A stretch of 64,000 bases of DNA from Massalongia carnosa (lineage: Eukaryota), in contig OZ287087.1 in assembly GCA_965645245.1 (NCBI GenBank), positions 744,001-808,000 of the forward strand, in the 5' to 3' direction. The position numbers and the translations under genes were made by a program. Below are positions 35,290-48,146 of this stretch, piece after piece; the stretch's first letter is position 1, and each line of letters begins with the position of its first letter. The notes beneath the pieces are model-generated. The model was given only the letters and a program-made list of their open reading frames with translations. It searched no databases and was not told where the DNA came from.

Positions 35290-37138
35290 ATGTCTTCCGG
35301 TATGTGGTATTATTTATCCATTTAACAGTAAGAGACTCGTACGAACTGGTATATTATTATGTCCATTGTCGTCTTTGCCTTCTGCCGCTGGCCTTCTTAC
35401 TCAGTCTATGATGGTGCGGACTGCAGCTCTTGAGGTAATTTCTTGTCTCATGTTGTTATCTATGTTTCTAATTTGATTTAGTTACTTCCGTACGCCTTGT
35501 ACGAAGAAATGCGTGTCGTCTTATTGCGACTTCCTGCGGGTCGCAGTGTGCAATTAAGGCATGCGGAAGGGATCAAGGCACATCAGATTGAACGAGCCCG
35601 GTCTTCTTATATTCAAGCTCTAATCATAGCATCTCGAGGAGCTTTTCGTCATCTTCCGTGCGAGCGCTGCGTACGAGGATTGGGGGCCTTCATTGGATGT
35701 TATGGTTTAGATGTCTTGAGAGAAGGCGCGTGTGCCAATTGCGTTTGGGGAGATGATTCGGCTCAATGCCGATATCGTAAGTAATGTCTAAAATATGTGA
35801 GAATCTCATTGCTTTATTTAATTGTGTTATAGACGGGGTGTACGCGGTCGTCAGGCCTGTCCCCTCCTCAACGCAACAGTTCTCTCATGTGGCAATCCCT
35901 CTTTCGTTGTCTGCGTCTGCGTCAGAGCCTCGTACGACTGAGACAATCGTCCCGTCGTCTTCTGCAGAAGGCAACGCTGACGTCCAACTGTTTCGAGAGT
36001 TAGCGGCAGCGCAGGTTGACGCTTTAAGCATATCAGACAAGATTGAAGAGTATGTTTCAGATCGTACGAAGTCTCATCACTGAACTATAGTGACTTTATA
36101 TAATAGAGAGTAAAGAAATGGGAAGAGAAGAAAGCGTGGAATTATAAATGTACGTTCTTATTTTGTCGCAATGTCACAATTCGAAACTCAAGAATTTCGT
36201 TATGGTGGTTTGGTATTTATCGTCCGCCGTAGAAGAGGCTTCGTCAGAATCTATCAATACTTGAAGGGCTGAGGTGAAGAGAGTATATAAACTTCGCAAA
36301 ATCGAGAAAAGTAAAGAAGACGCAGTCGTTGAAAACCCAACTCTTGTGGTAGAAGCCGAAAATACCAATAGTATGGGGAGTTTCTTTCGCTTTGATTCTA
36401 GACGCGGACTGGTACAAGGACAAATCGTTGTTCAGAAACGTTCTTGAACAGCTTGCGCTAGCCGCGAGTAGATTGGGTCTCGAAAGAGCAAGAGAACTTC
36501 TTCAGGTTATAGTAAATCAACGAATAGGCAATCCACATCGGCGTGTAGGCCAGAGCAATAAGAAGAAACTGACCTTGGCGGACGTGAAAGCATTGAATGA
36601 CAAACTTAAACAGGAGCAACGTCAGACCAAAATCCTTGAAGATGTCAAAGAGCATGGCGATGTCTCCGCAAATATCCTAGTCATCTAGACCTCTGGGAAG
36701 GTCGCAAGATCATACAAGAAACGTAAACGAAGTGCCTCGGTGGGAATACCCAAACAAGATTTCATGAACGAAACCCTGTTCTGGAAGATTTTTTGAAGTC
36801 AATGTCTCATAGTGTAAGTTCTCTTACTTAATCTTTTTAATATCGCTCATGTTGCTCGGAGTAGAGAGCAATTTTGAACTGCTGTTGGACCGTCAAAATC
36901 CAATTATTCCAATCTAGAATGCTCCCTTATTCAGGATCAGGACATGTTGAAGATGGAGAAAACCTAAAAACACTCTGAAGGCCTTTTGTCTCCTTCAGAG
37001 AAAATATCCGAAAGTCTTGAACGAATGCCGAAGCTTTTGTCTCGAAATCTCTGATGACGCCAGCACTCTGCAAACTCTGAAAGACGCAAAATCTATTGAG
37101 ACCGATTCCCTGATAAAAGCGCACTCGAGTTGGATGAA
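35290..37138 (+). pseudogene. Multi-exon gene with a DUF3716-like Cys-rich domain, disrupted
   Basis: ASRG...PCERCVRGLGAFIGC...GACANCVW...C; several GT-AG introns; later exons contain stops; boundaries approximate. Confidence 0.55.
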
Positions 37139-38529
37139 CGGCAAATTACTGAGATGACCCCCAAATAACCCCCCCATCTTGCCTGGGGGTTATTTGGGGG
37201 TCAATTACCGTAATATACACGTAATTTTGCTTCTGGCGCTGTCACGATGACCCCCAAGAACTGTAATTAATTGAAAGAGGTCATTTGAGGTCATTTGGAA
37301 TATTGCGACCGCACGATTAAATGACAAGCACGAGGAAAAGCGACTAGATACCTATACAAAATTATACGGAAAACATCACAATACAATATCATGATCTAAT
37401 TTTCCATCCCAGATTGCCATGTTTCGATATGTCATTCCTTCACCAAAAAAATCGCCTCCGAAGAAGTGGCACATGAAACACCGGCAAATGCTCTGTCACT
37501 TCATGACAGAAAACACGATTGCTTATCCTTTCTCTCTGTAAGGATAATCTCTAGACCCATCTATTGACTCGGCTTTGTCCCTCGCCTTTGTCATTTTTGA
37601 GGAGGTGACTTGTTTATTAAGTCAGTCAATGACACTTCTCTAGAGCTTTCTAAAGCTGCCTTCGCTAATTTGGCATGCTTTGTGTGTAAAGCTTCTTGCG
37701 CTCTCAAAGTAGGTTTTAATATCCGTCCAGATCTAGATTTACGAGGTGAGATCAGTGCCCGGTCACGTTCTTTACCTTTCTCTAGCATGCTCCAAATTTG
37801 CTCCTTCACTAGCATATTATCAGCTTCCTGTCGCTCTTCCGCTAATGTATTCTTGACTTCCTCTTTCTCTTTCGATAATGCATCGTCTTTTTCTTACGGA
37901 AAGTCATCAGAAGCACAGCCCACTGGTGTTCTCCCCTTCCGAAAGTGGTGTTGGCTCTCCTAATGGAATGCGTAGAGGAAGAGGACATCGTCTTTGAGGA
38001 TACGTCCATAATGGGCGGGTGAACAACTTTCTAAGAACTGAAGTATGCGACGATGGAGCTGGAGCAATATGCTCCGAATGGGGAACGATAAGTTGATACT
38101 GTCGCTCTGTCAGATATCTTCGACCCTGCTTTCAATTATTAGCCATGAATTAATCATAAGGTGAGTACGTGCTGTTTAGCATAAAGTATTCGTTTTTTGC
38201 GAGCTTCTTCTTCGGCCACCTCTGGAAAGCGACGTTTGCAATTTCTATGTTGCTGTAGTGTTCCAGCAAACGTCTGATTCATATCAAACCTTTGAAATTG
38301 TTGTAACTGTGCCTCGTCCATGTCTAGCCATCCAATAGGCCAACGAGCATAGTTCTTCTGCTCTTCCTTAGTCTCCTCTGATGAGTCTGTTACAATTGAC
38401 GACGATTGAGATCGAGATGAGGAATCCATTTCACTCTCGAGGATAATATTTTTGTCGCGATGAGATGTAAAACTCTTGTCACTCTCGGTCGCAATATCTT
38501 CATCGTTTTGAGTCGAAAATCTGCGAGAC

Positions 38530-41050
38530 TCATATTGTCGCTCTCGCCGTCATGATTGCTGTCGCTATTATTGTCATTAGAGTCATTGTCATTCTCTTTA
38601 TCAACTTCATCTTCGTTGTGACTAGATTGAGAGACAGAAGCAGTTTTGGATCTACTACTTGCAGTACTAGCAGAAACGTCACTCGCGCGGAAGGTCCCGA
38701 GTGATCACATGTACGCCTGTTATGCTTGAAACTCTTGCAGATTGAGCATCTCATCCTCTGCTTTGATAAATCAAATCGTTTTCTTCTCTCACGTCTGATT
38801 TTTGGGCGACCAGCCTGGACTACAAATTCTGGTGGTTTCACATCGGCCGCTGCGAGAACATTGAGATCAATAGGATGTAAAAATGACTGGTATGTTGCCT
38901 TGTACTCAGCGATTGTAATGATGGGACTGACAAATTCCTCTGGTTCTCTTTCTTGCTTCATACATAACGCAACGGCATGATCACATAGCATCTCATAATC
39001 CTGAAAATCATGACAAGTACACGTCTTGGCTTCCAGATCCACGATGTGATGACTTCCAGTACCAGTAGTGACGATACCGCAGAAAGGACGAGAATTTTGA
39101 ACAGTATTTTTTTTTTTTTATTAATTCATTAAGCGTATGCATCCTAAGGATATGACGCTGTGACTGCTATTTATGTACATAAACAACAGTCAGGAAGTGG
39201 AAACCTGGCCCCCAGGGTCAAACCACTCCCTTGTTCCATGTTGAACGCAACGAGACCGTCCTTCTACCACGCGGTGCATACACCCAGATCTTCAAGCGCT
39301 AGGAATCCTATAGACTCGATGAACTAGACAGTGTATTTCCACACGTTCGACGAACGTTCTCTCTCTTTAAACGTTTTGATTCAATGGAGAAAAGACTGGC
39401 CGTGATCGAGGGCAGATCGTGGTGTCGTATAAATGAAGGTGTGTAAGTGTGGCCATTCTAAATGAATGGGCTTTTTCGATGAGGTGAAAGGCTTCCGCCT
39501 GAGGGGTGTGGCCATTCCGAATGAATGGGCTTTGTATGTGTGCCTTCGAGGTGACGAATGATCAGTAGAGACGTTGATCGTTCAAATGGCCACCGAGGTG
39601 GACTTCCGCGTTGGCGATGATCAGATATTGGCCACCTCCGAGGAGGTGTTGATAGCCTGCACCACGTAGAGGTTTCTGACCCAGCAGGCCTTTTGAACAG
39701 TATACTCGGCCGATTGTTTCCGTCCATCTTGAATCCATCTCCAGGCATAATCAGTGACTCTATCTGTCTTGTGTTCAAGCTTGTGCCGTTCATAAAGTTT
39801 GTCCATGCATTGGTTCCAAATCTGATGGAGACAAAGCAATGCGGGCATGTGACGTGCCTCCGGCCAAATATTATTTTGCGACTCTTGAGCATTAGAACAT
39901 AATTGACCATATCGAGGACGAGGAAAAGCATATACAGCCCACTGCTCTGGAGGTATATCTTCAATATAGCCTGCGCAATTAGGTCTCGTCGCTCTAATTC
40001 TGTTGAGTATAGTGTTGAATTTTGCCTGTGTTTTAGCTTTGGCCGCATCCCAGAAAAGATTCCGATATGTCTTCTTCCATTTTTTATCGACATTGTCTCC
40101 GAGATGTTTGCAACAATGAGCACTTAAAGCGACAGGAAAATGATCAGATACTGCATGTTTGATACCTTTGTTGCGATCACTAATAATCACCGCTTGTCGT
40201 CCCGAGCGAAATCGAATATATAATGCCATTGCCCGTAAAAAATATATCCAGTTATCTTTTTTCTCGATTGGGACCAATGCCCACGCCAGTTCCAATACCT
40301 GGTTGTTACCGTCTTGAGTAACAAGAGACAAGATCACAAGCCCGTCCGATGTCTTGCAAGCGGTACCATCACACTGAAGCACCGAACGACAATGACGAAA
40401 AGCACGCTCAGTCGCCTTTGGCAGTACCCAACATCATTTGAAACAACCATTCTCATCTAGCTCTAGATCTGTCCATGCTGTTCATGTATTATTTTGTTCT
40501 TCGCATGCTGACAAGAATGCAGGTATATATTGAAAGCTTTGTTTAATATTGCCAAACCGCTTAATCTTGAGAAACTCTTTTGTGCGTCACATCGTCATAT
40601 AGTTTGTGTTGTTTCCTCGACTGGAAGTCTCGACGGTCATTAAATGCCTCGACTTAACCCGATGATCAGATTGCACAAGCGCTTTATTTGTCTCGTTGGT
40701 GGCTAAATACTGAACAGCATTGCTACCTGAATGGCCGGAGTGGTTCGATATGGCACAGGTATGAGGGATCATTTTAGTGAGTTTCCCTGATCTAATGTCA
40801 GTATTTCTTTGTCTTAGCTCTTATACATTTAAGTATTACATCTCTCAGTTTTGTTGGACAAGCTGGCTCTAATTCGAAAGTCTCAATGATCGCACTTAAC
40901 TAGATATCTATTCTTCTCGGCCTTCTCAGCACGTTATGACTCGCCCTTGCTTGCAAGCCAATTAGTGATCGCCTGTCTTGTCTCATATTTATCGTCCCAC
41001 TCTTGACCGACATAAAGCGACATTATTGATGATTCGACCATATTGAGATT
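38530..41050 (-). pseudogene. MULE transposase, degenerate
   Basis: CDGT...DGNNQ...ISDRNKG...HCCKH, SWIM CTC...CDH, knuckle CSICKSFKHNRRTC; split by a SINE-like insert. Confidence 0.88.
39107..39690 (-). mobile_element. SINE-like non-LTR retroposon (~580 bp)
   Basis: 3' poly(A) (T-run at 39107), 12-13-bp TSD ttttgaacagta(t), no recognisable ORF. Confidence 0.85.
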
Positions 41051-41989
41051 GAACGAGACATAAGTATGCAGAAATGATGGACGAAGATATGCACAAATAA
41101 GTCTCGAATTAATGCTAGATAGCCCGAGTGCCACGTAGTCCAAATGCCTTGTTTAAGCATTCTATGGAGTTTCATTGACCTATAGCACTTAAAGCAGAAA
41201 GTTATAGAGCTGTAATTGATAGGTTCAGTCACTTCACCTATGATTGACCCCCCGATATCGCACGATCATCGGGCTACAGATATCTAGTCGCTCGTTTTTA
41301 TCGCCGTAATCATATCTTCTTTCTTGGAATAGCAAGTCTTTTATCGGGTAGCCGATGCTCAATGGACTTTTCCTCGTGCGTGTCATTTAACTGTGCGGTC
41401 GCAATATTCCAAATGACCCCCAAATGACCCCCTTCAATTAATTACAGTTCTTGGGGGTCATCGTGACAGCGCCAGAAGCAAAATTACGTGTATATTACGG
41501 TAATTGACCCCCAAATAACCCCCAGGCAAGATGGGGGGTTATTTGGGGGTCATCTCAGTAATTTGCCGTTGGATGAATTCACTTCAGGTGCGGCTCGACC
41601 TATATCGATGCCAAATACTTGAAGCCTCCCAAGCAATATCGCCAGCATAAGATGACTTTGAAACGTCCCACCGAGTCTTTGAGGATGCAAGAACAAGAGT
41701 CGAAACAAACAAAAACATATTGAAGAATGCGCAAGACTACTTATCGGCTGCAGAGATGGCCGTGGAGGACAATGATGCGTTCAGTCATTGCCCTTCTGTT
41801 GGAGAGAAAACAAATCCTGCCATTCGGGCAACTATAGAGGCTATACGGTCCAAGTTATAGCAGTTGCAAACAGACATGAACGAGTTGACTCAATAGGTCG
41901 AAACCTTAGATACCAGATGAACCATAGCTTAATTGAACTCGGCAGACCAGAACAATACCGCGAGAGCGCTCGATCCTGCCTGGAAAGTT

Positions 41990-42410
41990 GTCGACTTTGG
42001 CTTTTCATGCTGAGACGCGAGTGCAATATGCTGCAGGATTGGCTATTGAACGAAACCGAAAGGAGGGAAGCGTTTTTTCAGACCCCTCCCGATCAAGATA
42101 CTCCTTAGTCTCGGCAAATCCAGCCACTCCATTCCGATCGGTATTCTACCTAACCTACAACCGCCAAACCAGTTGGGTGGGACGACAGGACCTGGATAGA
42201 CTGCGTGATAATCGATGTCTGAATGACGATCTGATCAACCTCTATCTCTCCTACATGCGAATCGAATACAAGCGTCAGAGTTCGGTGTATGTTTGCAACA
42301 GCTATTTCTTCGATCGAGTTCAAAGTCAGCAGCATATCAACAACTCCTCTTTGAGAAAGGAAATTGCTTGTATCATTGACTACAATTATGCTATAGTGCC
42401 TGTCAATTAT
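41990..42410 (+). pseudogene. Ulp1/C48 SUMO-protease-like fragment
   Basis: DLDRL...CLNDDLINLYL...CNSYFF...IVPVN; cut by Copia before the catalytic HW. Confidence 0.7.
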
Positions 42411-45134
42411 CGTCGAGAGAATAGCAAAAGATCTCGATGAATTTGCTTTAACGGCATGCATGCATCATGGCATTGCCCTTTCAAGCAAAGAGAATCACCA
42501 GGTACCATTATCTTCCTCAGAAAGGGCAAAGCCGCGCGGCACGGATTTGCCAGCTTTCATGAACATCGAAACAACGTCAACGCCCACCTCCAACAAGACT
42601 TCCGAAACATACAGACTATGGCATCGAAGATTCGCTCATCTGGGTCGAGAAAAGCTGCGCAATCTGCACAAGGTAATCACTCTAGAAAAGCCGATTCCAA
42701 TTAGCAACAAGGAATATGTCTGCGAGGTATGCGCTATCACCAAACTCATCAATAGGAAAGGCAAGGCAATCGAGCGAAAGACTTCTTTACTGGCGTTGAT
42801 CTCGATTGACATCTGCGGTCCCCTACCTGCCTCTCGAGAAGAATACACCTACTTCCTGAAAATCGTAGACAACTACTTCAGAAATATATGATCCATCCCG
42901 CTTAAGAAACGAGAAGAACACCAGGAGATTACGGAAGTGAAGACTGAGGGTCGAGCTGCAAAGTGCGCAAAGATTGCGGACCGTGCGAAGCGATAATGCC
43001 ACCCAATTGAAGACCACATTGGACGAATGATGTGCCTCAATTGGTATCATTCCACAATACACCGTACCTCAAATGTCCATTCAAAATGGAGTCGCTGAGC
43101 GTGCCATACGCACCACCGAGAACTCAGTGCGAGCCATGACAAAAGACGCAGGGCTCCCTATCGAGTTCTGGAAGGAGGCTATGGAGACGGACGCATATTT
43201 TCGTAATCGCACAGGATGTGGACCAATCATTGATGAAAATGCAAGCACCCCCGAGGAGGCCTTTACCGGCATCAAACCTTCCATCGATCACATCCGCGTC
43301 TGGGGCTGCAAATGCTACTCGTACGTCGATCCCAAATCACTGCCTGCAGAAGGAAGACGGGATAAGTTCATGGATAAAGGAAGGGTGGGAGTATTCATGG
43401 GATACGTAGAAGAGACTACCAAGCAATATCGTCTTTGGGCGCCCGATCTGCGCAGAGTTATCAGAAGCCATGTGGTAAGATTCGACGAGAGCCTAAAAGG
43501 AGGCGACATGGATCTGAATCTGCGAAAGCAAACCCCCAATGTGCTACCTGAAAGACGTCCAGTAGGAAGACCACAAAAGGAAACGAAAATCAGCGAACCC
43601 GCTGCCAAAATCGTGGAAAGATTTTAACATGTGGATATTCCTAGCAAAGAAAGCGATAGTTGCAATCAAGTTGACCACAGTAAAGTCTCATCCAATTTGA
43701 CTGCAACTCCTGATCAGCCAAAGCCAAATGATGTCATCCAAGACATGCAGCCAATACCAATTCCTGACCCCTCTCCCACCACGAATGCACCTAAAGCTAC
43801 CATGTTTTCGCATGTGACGATCCTTAAACGCAAACGATCCAATGAGGAGGATGCAGCTCACGAGGAACCGGCTTTCAAAATACCTCGCGCCTTCCTAGCA
43901 TGGTACGCACACGATGACGATGAAGACGGGCAGCTCAAATGAGAGTCAGCCATGTCAGCGGAGGCGCCACCGTCAGGGAAAGACATACCGACACCTAGAT
44001 CTTATCGCGAAGCGGTGAATGATCCGGTTTGAGGGGAATTATGGAAGGAAGCGGTAGACACCGAGATCAACGCGCTGATTGGCAATAAGATCTGGAAAGA
44101 AGTCTTCCCACCACCGAAAACGAACATCGTCACTTGCAAATGGGTATTCAAGGTCAAACTGAATATCGACGGCTCGTTGGAGAAATTAAAAGCAAGGTTA
44201 GTCGCTCGCGGATTCACCCAGAAATACGGCATCGACTAAGAGGACACTTTCGCTCCTACGGTGAGATTAGATACCTTGCGTGCAGTACTCGCCATAGTAG
44301 CCTTAAAAGATTTGGAATGCCATCAGGTAGTCGTGAACAATGCATTCACCCAATAATCTCTAAATGATACTATCTACATGACTGCACTAGAAGGAGTCAG
44401 GGTCGCTCCTGGCAGAGCTCTTCAGATACTGCAAAGCTTGTATGGTCTCAAGCAATCCGCCTGAGAGTGGCATAATCGTTGCACTAATGAACTGATCAAA
44501 CTGGGATTCGAACAATGTTCATCCGACCCATGCCGCTTCACTCACTTCACCAGAAATATCATTATATTCATTCACGTAGATGACTTAGCGATAGCCGCCA
44601 AGAAAATGAAAGAGATCGACTGGTTCAAAAGGGAGTTCAACAATGCCGTCAGCATTAAGGATTTGGGAGAAGCCTCAAAGATTCTCGGCATTCGAGTCAC
44701 CCGCGACCGCAAGAATCGCACACTGCGATTGAATCAAACGCACTACCTCAAAGATGTGATGGAGCGAACACACATGAGCGCTGACAAGCATAGGCCTACC
44801 GAAATTCCCATGAACGACTACGATTCGCTACGACCAGCTGGACAAGACGACGAGCGCATAGATCAAAGAAAGTATCAACAGATCGTTGAAAGCCTCATGT
44901 ATGCAGCAGTTCATACGCGTCCGGATAGAGCGTTTGCTCTCGGGAAACTAAGCCAATATCTGAGCGATCCTGCCATCCATCACGGTCACGCTCTCAAAAC
45001 GCTCCTTAGATGCGTACGATCCACCATCGATCTCGGCATACTATACGGGACTAGGGGGAATCAGAACCTCGTCGAATACTCCGACTCAGACTATGCGGCC
45101 AACAGACTAGAAAGGAAATCGATCCTGGGATACG

Positions 45135-45297
45135 TGTAGAAGTATGAGGTTATTCATTGTTGTTATATTAATGATTCTATGACTCTACTTCTAAGGTCTG
45201 AAATCCTCCTAGTCCAGGATGCGTGCCGCATACCGGAATAGGTCTACTGTTACACGTGACCATAATAATGTCTAGCGCCATAGGTTGGTATCCAACA
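45135..45297. mobile_element. Solo LTR (163 bp)
   Basis: TG...CA termini, 5-bp TSD atacg. Confidence 0.88.
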
Positions 45298-45735
45298 ATA
45301 CGTGTACATGTTAGAGGGAGGGCCTATATCATGAATGAGCAGAAAGCAGAAATCGGTCGCAACCTCAACAACGGAGGCTGAATATATGACTCTTTCAACA
45401 CGCGCTAAAGAGGGTCTTTGACTCGTTCAGCTAATGAAGGATTTAGGTTTCACCAAATACTTCAATCCCAGTGTGAACATCCGCGAGAGCGACAAGAATG
45501 AAGTTGACTCTCCAATGCAGCTGAAAGGACAGGCTTCCATTCAACTGACTAAAGACGCTCACATTCATGGAAGGTCCAAGCACATAGATGTGACTTATCA
45601 TCATATTCGAGACCTACACAAACGCAATCGAATTCAGGTGGACTACGTGCCAAGCGAGGAAATGATCGCCGATGGTTTAACCAAGCCTTTGAACAAGCCT
45701 CTCTTCAAACGCTTCATTGATCAGTTGAAACTTGT

Positions 45736-46068
45736 TGTAATGTGCAAAGTCACCCGGCTGATGCCTAGTAAAGTGTTCAGAGTCACATGGTACCGCATTG
45801 GGATTAGTGCGTTGGTAAGAACATTAGGCAACACAAAACGACCTCGAGAAGCACCGCAAAACTTCTATGTACATTCCCATCGAGTCATAAATTGGATATG
45901 AGTCAATCACCAATCTTAGATTTCTAGGAAGCAGGAAGGTGAGTCATAGGAAGAACGGTTTTCGGCATGTTTTTCTATCTATATAAACACGGTCCTTAGA
46001 TAGGTAGATAGAAACATCAATCGTTTCAAAAGTGAGCTTTTTACTATGCCAGCAGAGCTTCTATTACA
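45736..46068. repeat. LTR-like insert
   Basis: tgtaat...attaca termini; no matching TSD. Confidence 0.5.
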
Positions 46069-46718
46069 ATAAAACTGCAGAAGGCTTAGGATGAAAAGGG
46101 TAAATGATATCGCGCCACAGGGGAAGTGTTAAATGGCGGCTGCTCATTGATATCCCGACATTTAGCGTCACGGGGGGTATCGCTTAATCGGCGCTAAGCC
46201 GGTTCATTGAACACGGAGAGAAATTTTCAATGAACCCCTTACTGTAACTAGACAATATAGTCAATGCGATCACCTGCGATAAGATACTCCTTCTTACTAA
46301 AACAATCAATTCTCTACCTATAAAAGTCGAAACATTTACAATCGAAGTTGTTTTAATGACGTTATGACGGTTCAGGATGTGGAATTGACTATCTACAAAG
46401 AAGCTATTGAAACGGGGAGACATTCTCCCAGCAGGCATTCACTACTGGAAGACGGGATCCACAGGGGTTACACAACGTGATGGTCACAATAGAGGTATAA
46501 AATAGGTTTGGTCGGGTCAAAGGGTAGACTAAATGCTACCATTTTGAAGTGCTTGATCATTGATTGATCTATGTAGGATAGGACAATCCACAACCTAAGC
46601 TCCTCTTCCATACCTTGCCCATACTACCTGGTATTTTCGGTCACCTAAACACTTGGGTAGATGAGACTAGGCAGGCGAGCTAGGGGAGGTGAGGCGAAGC
46701 GAGGGGATACTTCGTGTA

Positions 46719-48052
46719 CAAGGTCGGGTGACATTTGTCCGTGCCCCCCCCCTAAATTTCGAAAAACAGTCACAAAACAACAACAAAACATCTTCATTTC
46801 TATCATTTTGCTGCGTTACCTTCTCTATCTTTACATTGCTTTATACGAGAAGGCATTGTAGCTACCAAATTGTCAATTTACTCTTGTTTTACCTCGTTCC
46901 ATTCGTGCTAAACGGCCTTCTTCATGTCATCCAGAGTAGTGATAACCATGTCATAACTTCCGATTCGTTGCTTGATTATCCACCAAACATTCTCGATTAT
47001 GTTGAGCTCTGGTGAGCATGGAGGCCATGCTCCATCATTAAACAAAGGAATTTTGAATGAGTCTTTCAGTTGTGAAAGATTTCGCTTTCCAAACCCCAAA
47101 CCATGGGCTCAATTTCCATCCTCCTGAAAGAGAATTTCACCGAACTCTCGGGCATGAAGGGAATGCTCAGTACGTTCATAAGGAGAAATATAATTGCTCT
47201 CCTGAAAGTACGGAGAAACGACAGGTAGTAGCACCTGTTTTATATAGTCTTCTTTGGTCATTCCCCCCTTGGCCCCGGAGAGATTCTGCAAAAATACCAG
47301 TTTTGATTTATACCCCCACCCCACCATTCCCCATACTGAAAACGACGTTCTACCACTCCGAAAACGAGTCTGAATGCAATCAAGACAGTATCGTTCATCC
47401 GCCTTGCGAAGAATTTGATCCTTTTTATGTTTGCCCGTGTAAAACGTGCTCTCATCACTGAATCGAAGTCGTTTCCAGGCATAAGTCCAGTTCTCGAACT
47501 TTACAGAGAAAGCGAGTCGAATTTTTCGATTCTTTTTATTGATGAGAGGTTTCGGGCATGCAGTGCATTTGCGATAGCCCAATTGAGCTAAAAGTCGTGC
47601 GAGAGTTCGAGGATGAATTGGTAAATTGTGACGTTTGCATAACTGAGCAAATGACATACGTCTTCCAAAGTATTTCTCCTTTAGCACCCAATTGAGCACC
47701 TTTTTGATTTCCTAATCGGACACTTTTCGTGCTTTTCCAGCCCGTTCAGCACCTTTTCTTCTGACTGTGTTTCCAATATCGCGCTGTTTTCGCCATTTAC
47801 GAAGAGCGTCCCGATGCACCCCTGTGACGGCATGAATTCTATGCAGTGATTGCCCTGCGTCTATGCGACCGTAGCGTTGATATTTAATGGGCGTACCCTA
47901 TTCTAAACCATGATAGCTACCTCGTTTACGGGGACTTCAAAAACTGCGTGTAATAGCCATGTGATTGACGAATGATCAATGTAAAATGGTGGTAGAAGGG
48001 GCAGTTTTTCGAATTTTAGGGGGGGGGCACGGACCAATGTCACCCAACCTTG
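46719..48052 (-). mobile_element. Tc1-like transposon with degenerate transposase
   Basis: TA TSD; ~50-bp TIRs caaggt.gggtgacatt.gtccgtgccccc; RFSDES, FQEDGN, WPPCSPELNIIE. Confidence 0.9.
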
Positions 48053-48146
48053 TACTACGAAAACACCTCTATAATAAGTTAAGTCCCCACACTATGCCTA
48101 ACTGGGTTAGGCGGGACCTTATTGTCTTGATGGTTTTTTGGCTGTA

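Larger units (their letters stand above)
37139..41568 (-). mobile_element. Mutator-like element (MULE + SWIM)
   Basis: ~190-bp near-perfect TIRs; 9-bp TSD ttggatgaa (37130-37138, 41569-41577). Confidence 0.95.
42410..46357 (+). mobile_element. Ty1/Copia retrotransposon, 5'-truncated, degenerate
   Basis: LWHRRFAHLG, integrase QNGVAER, RT KARLVARGF and HVDD, RNase H SDSDYA and ADGLTK; purine tract caggggaag then 3' LTR from 46127 (end approximate). Confidence 0.9.
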
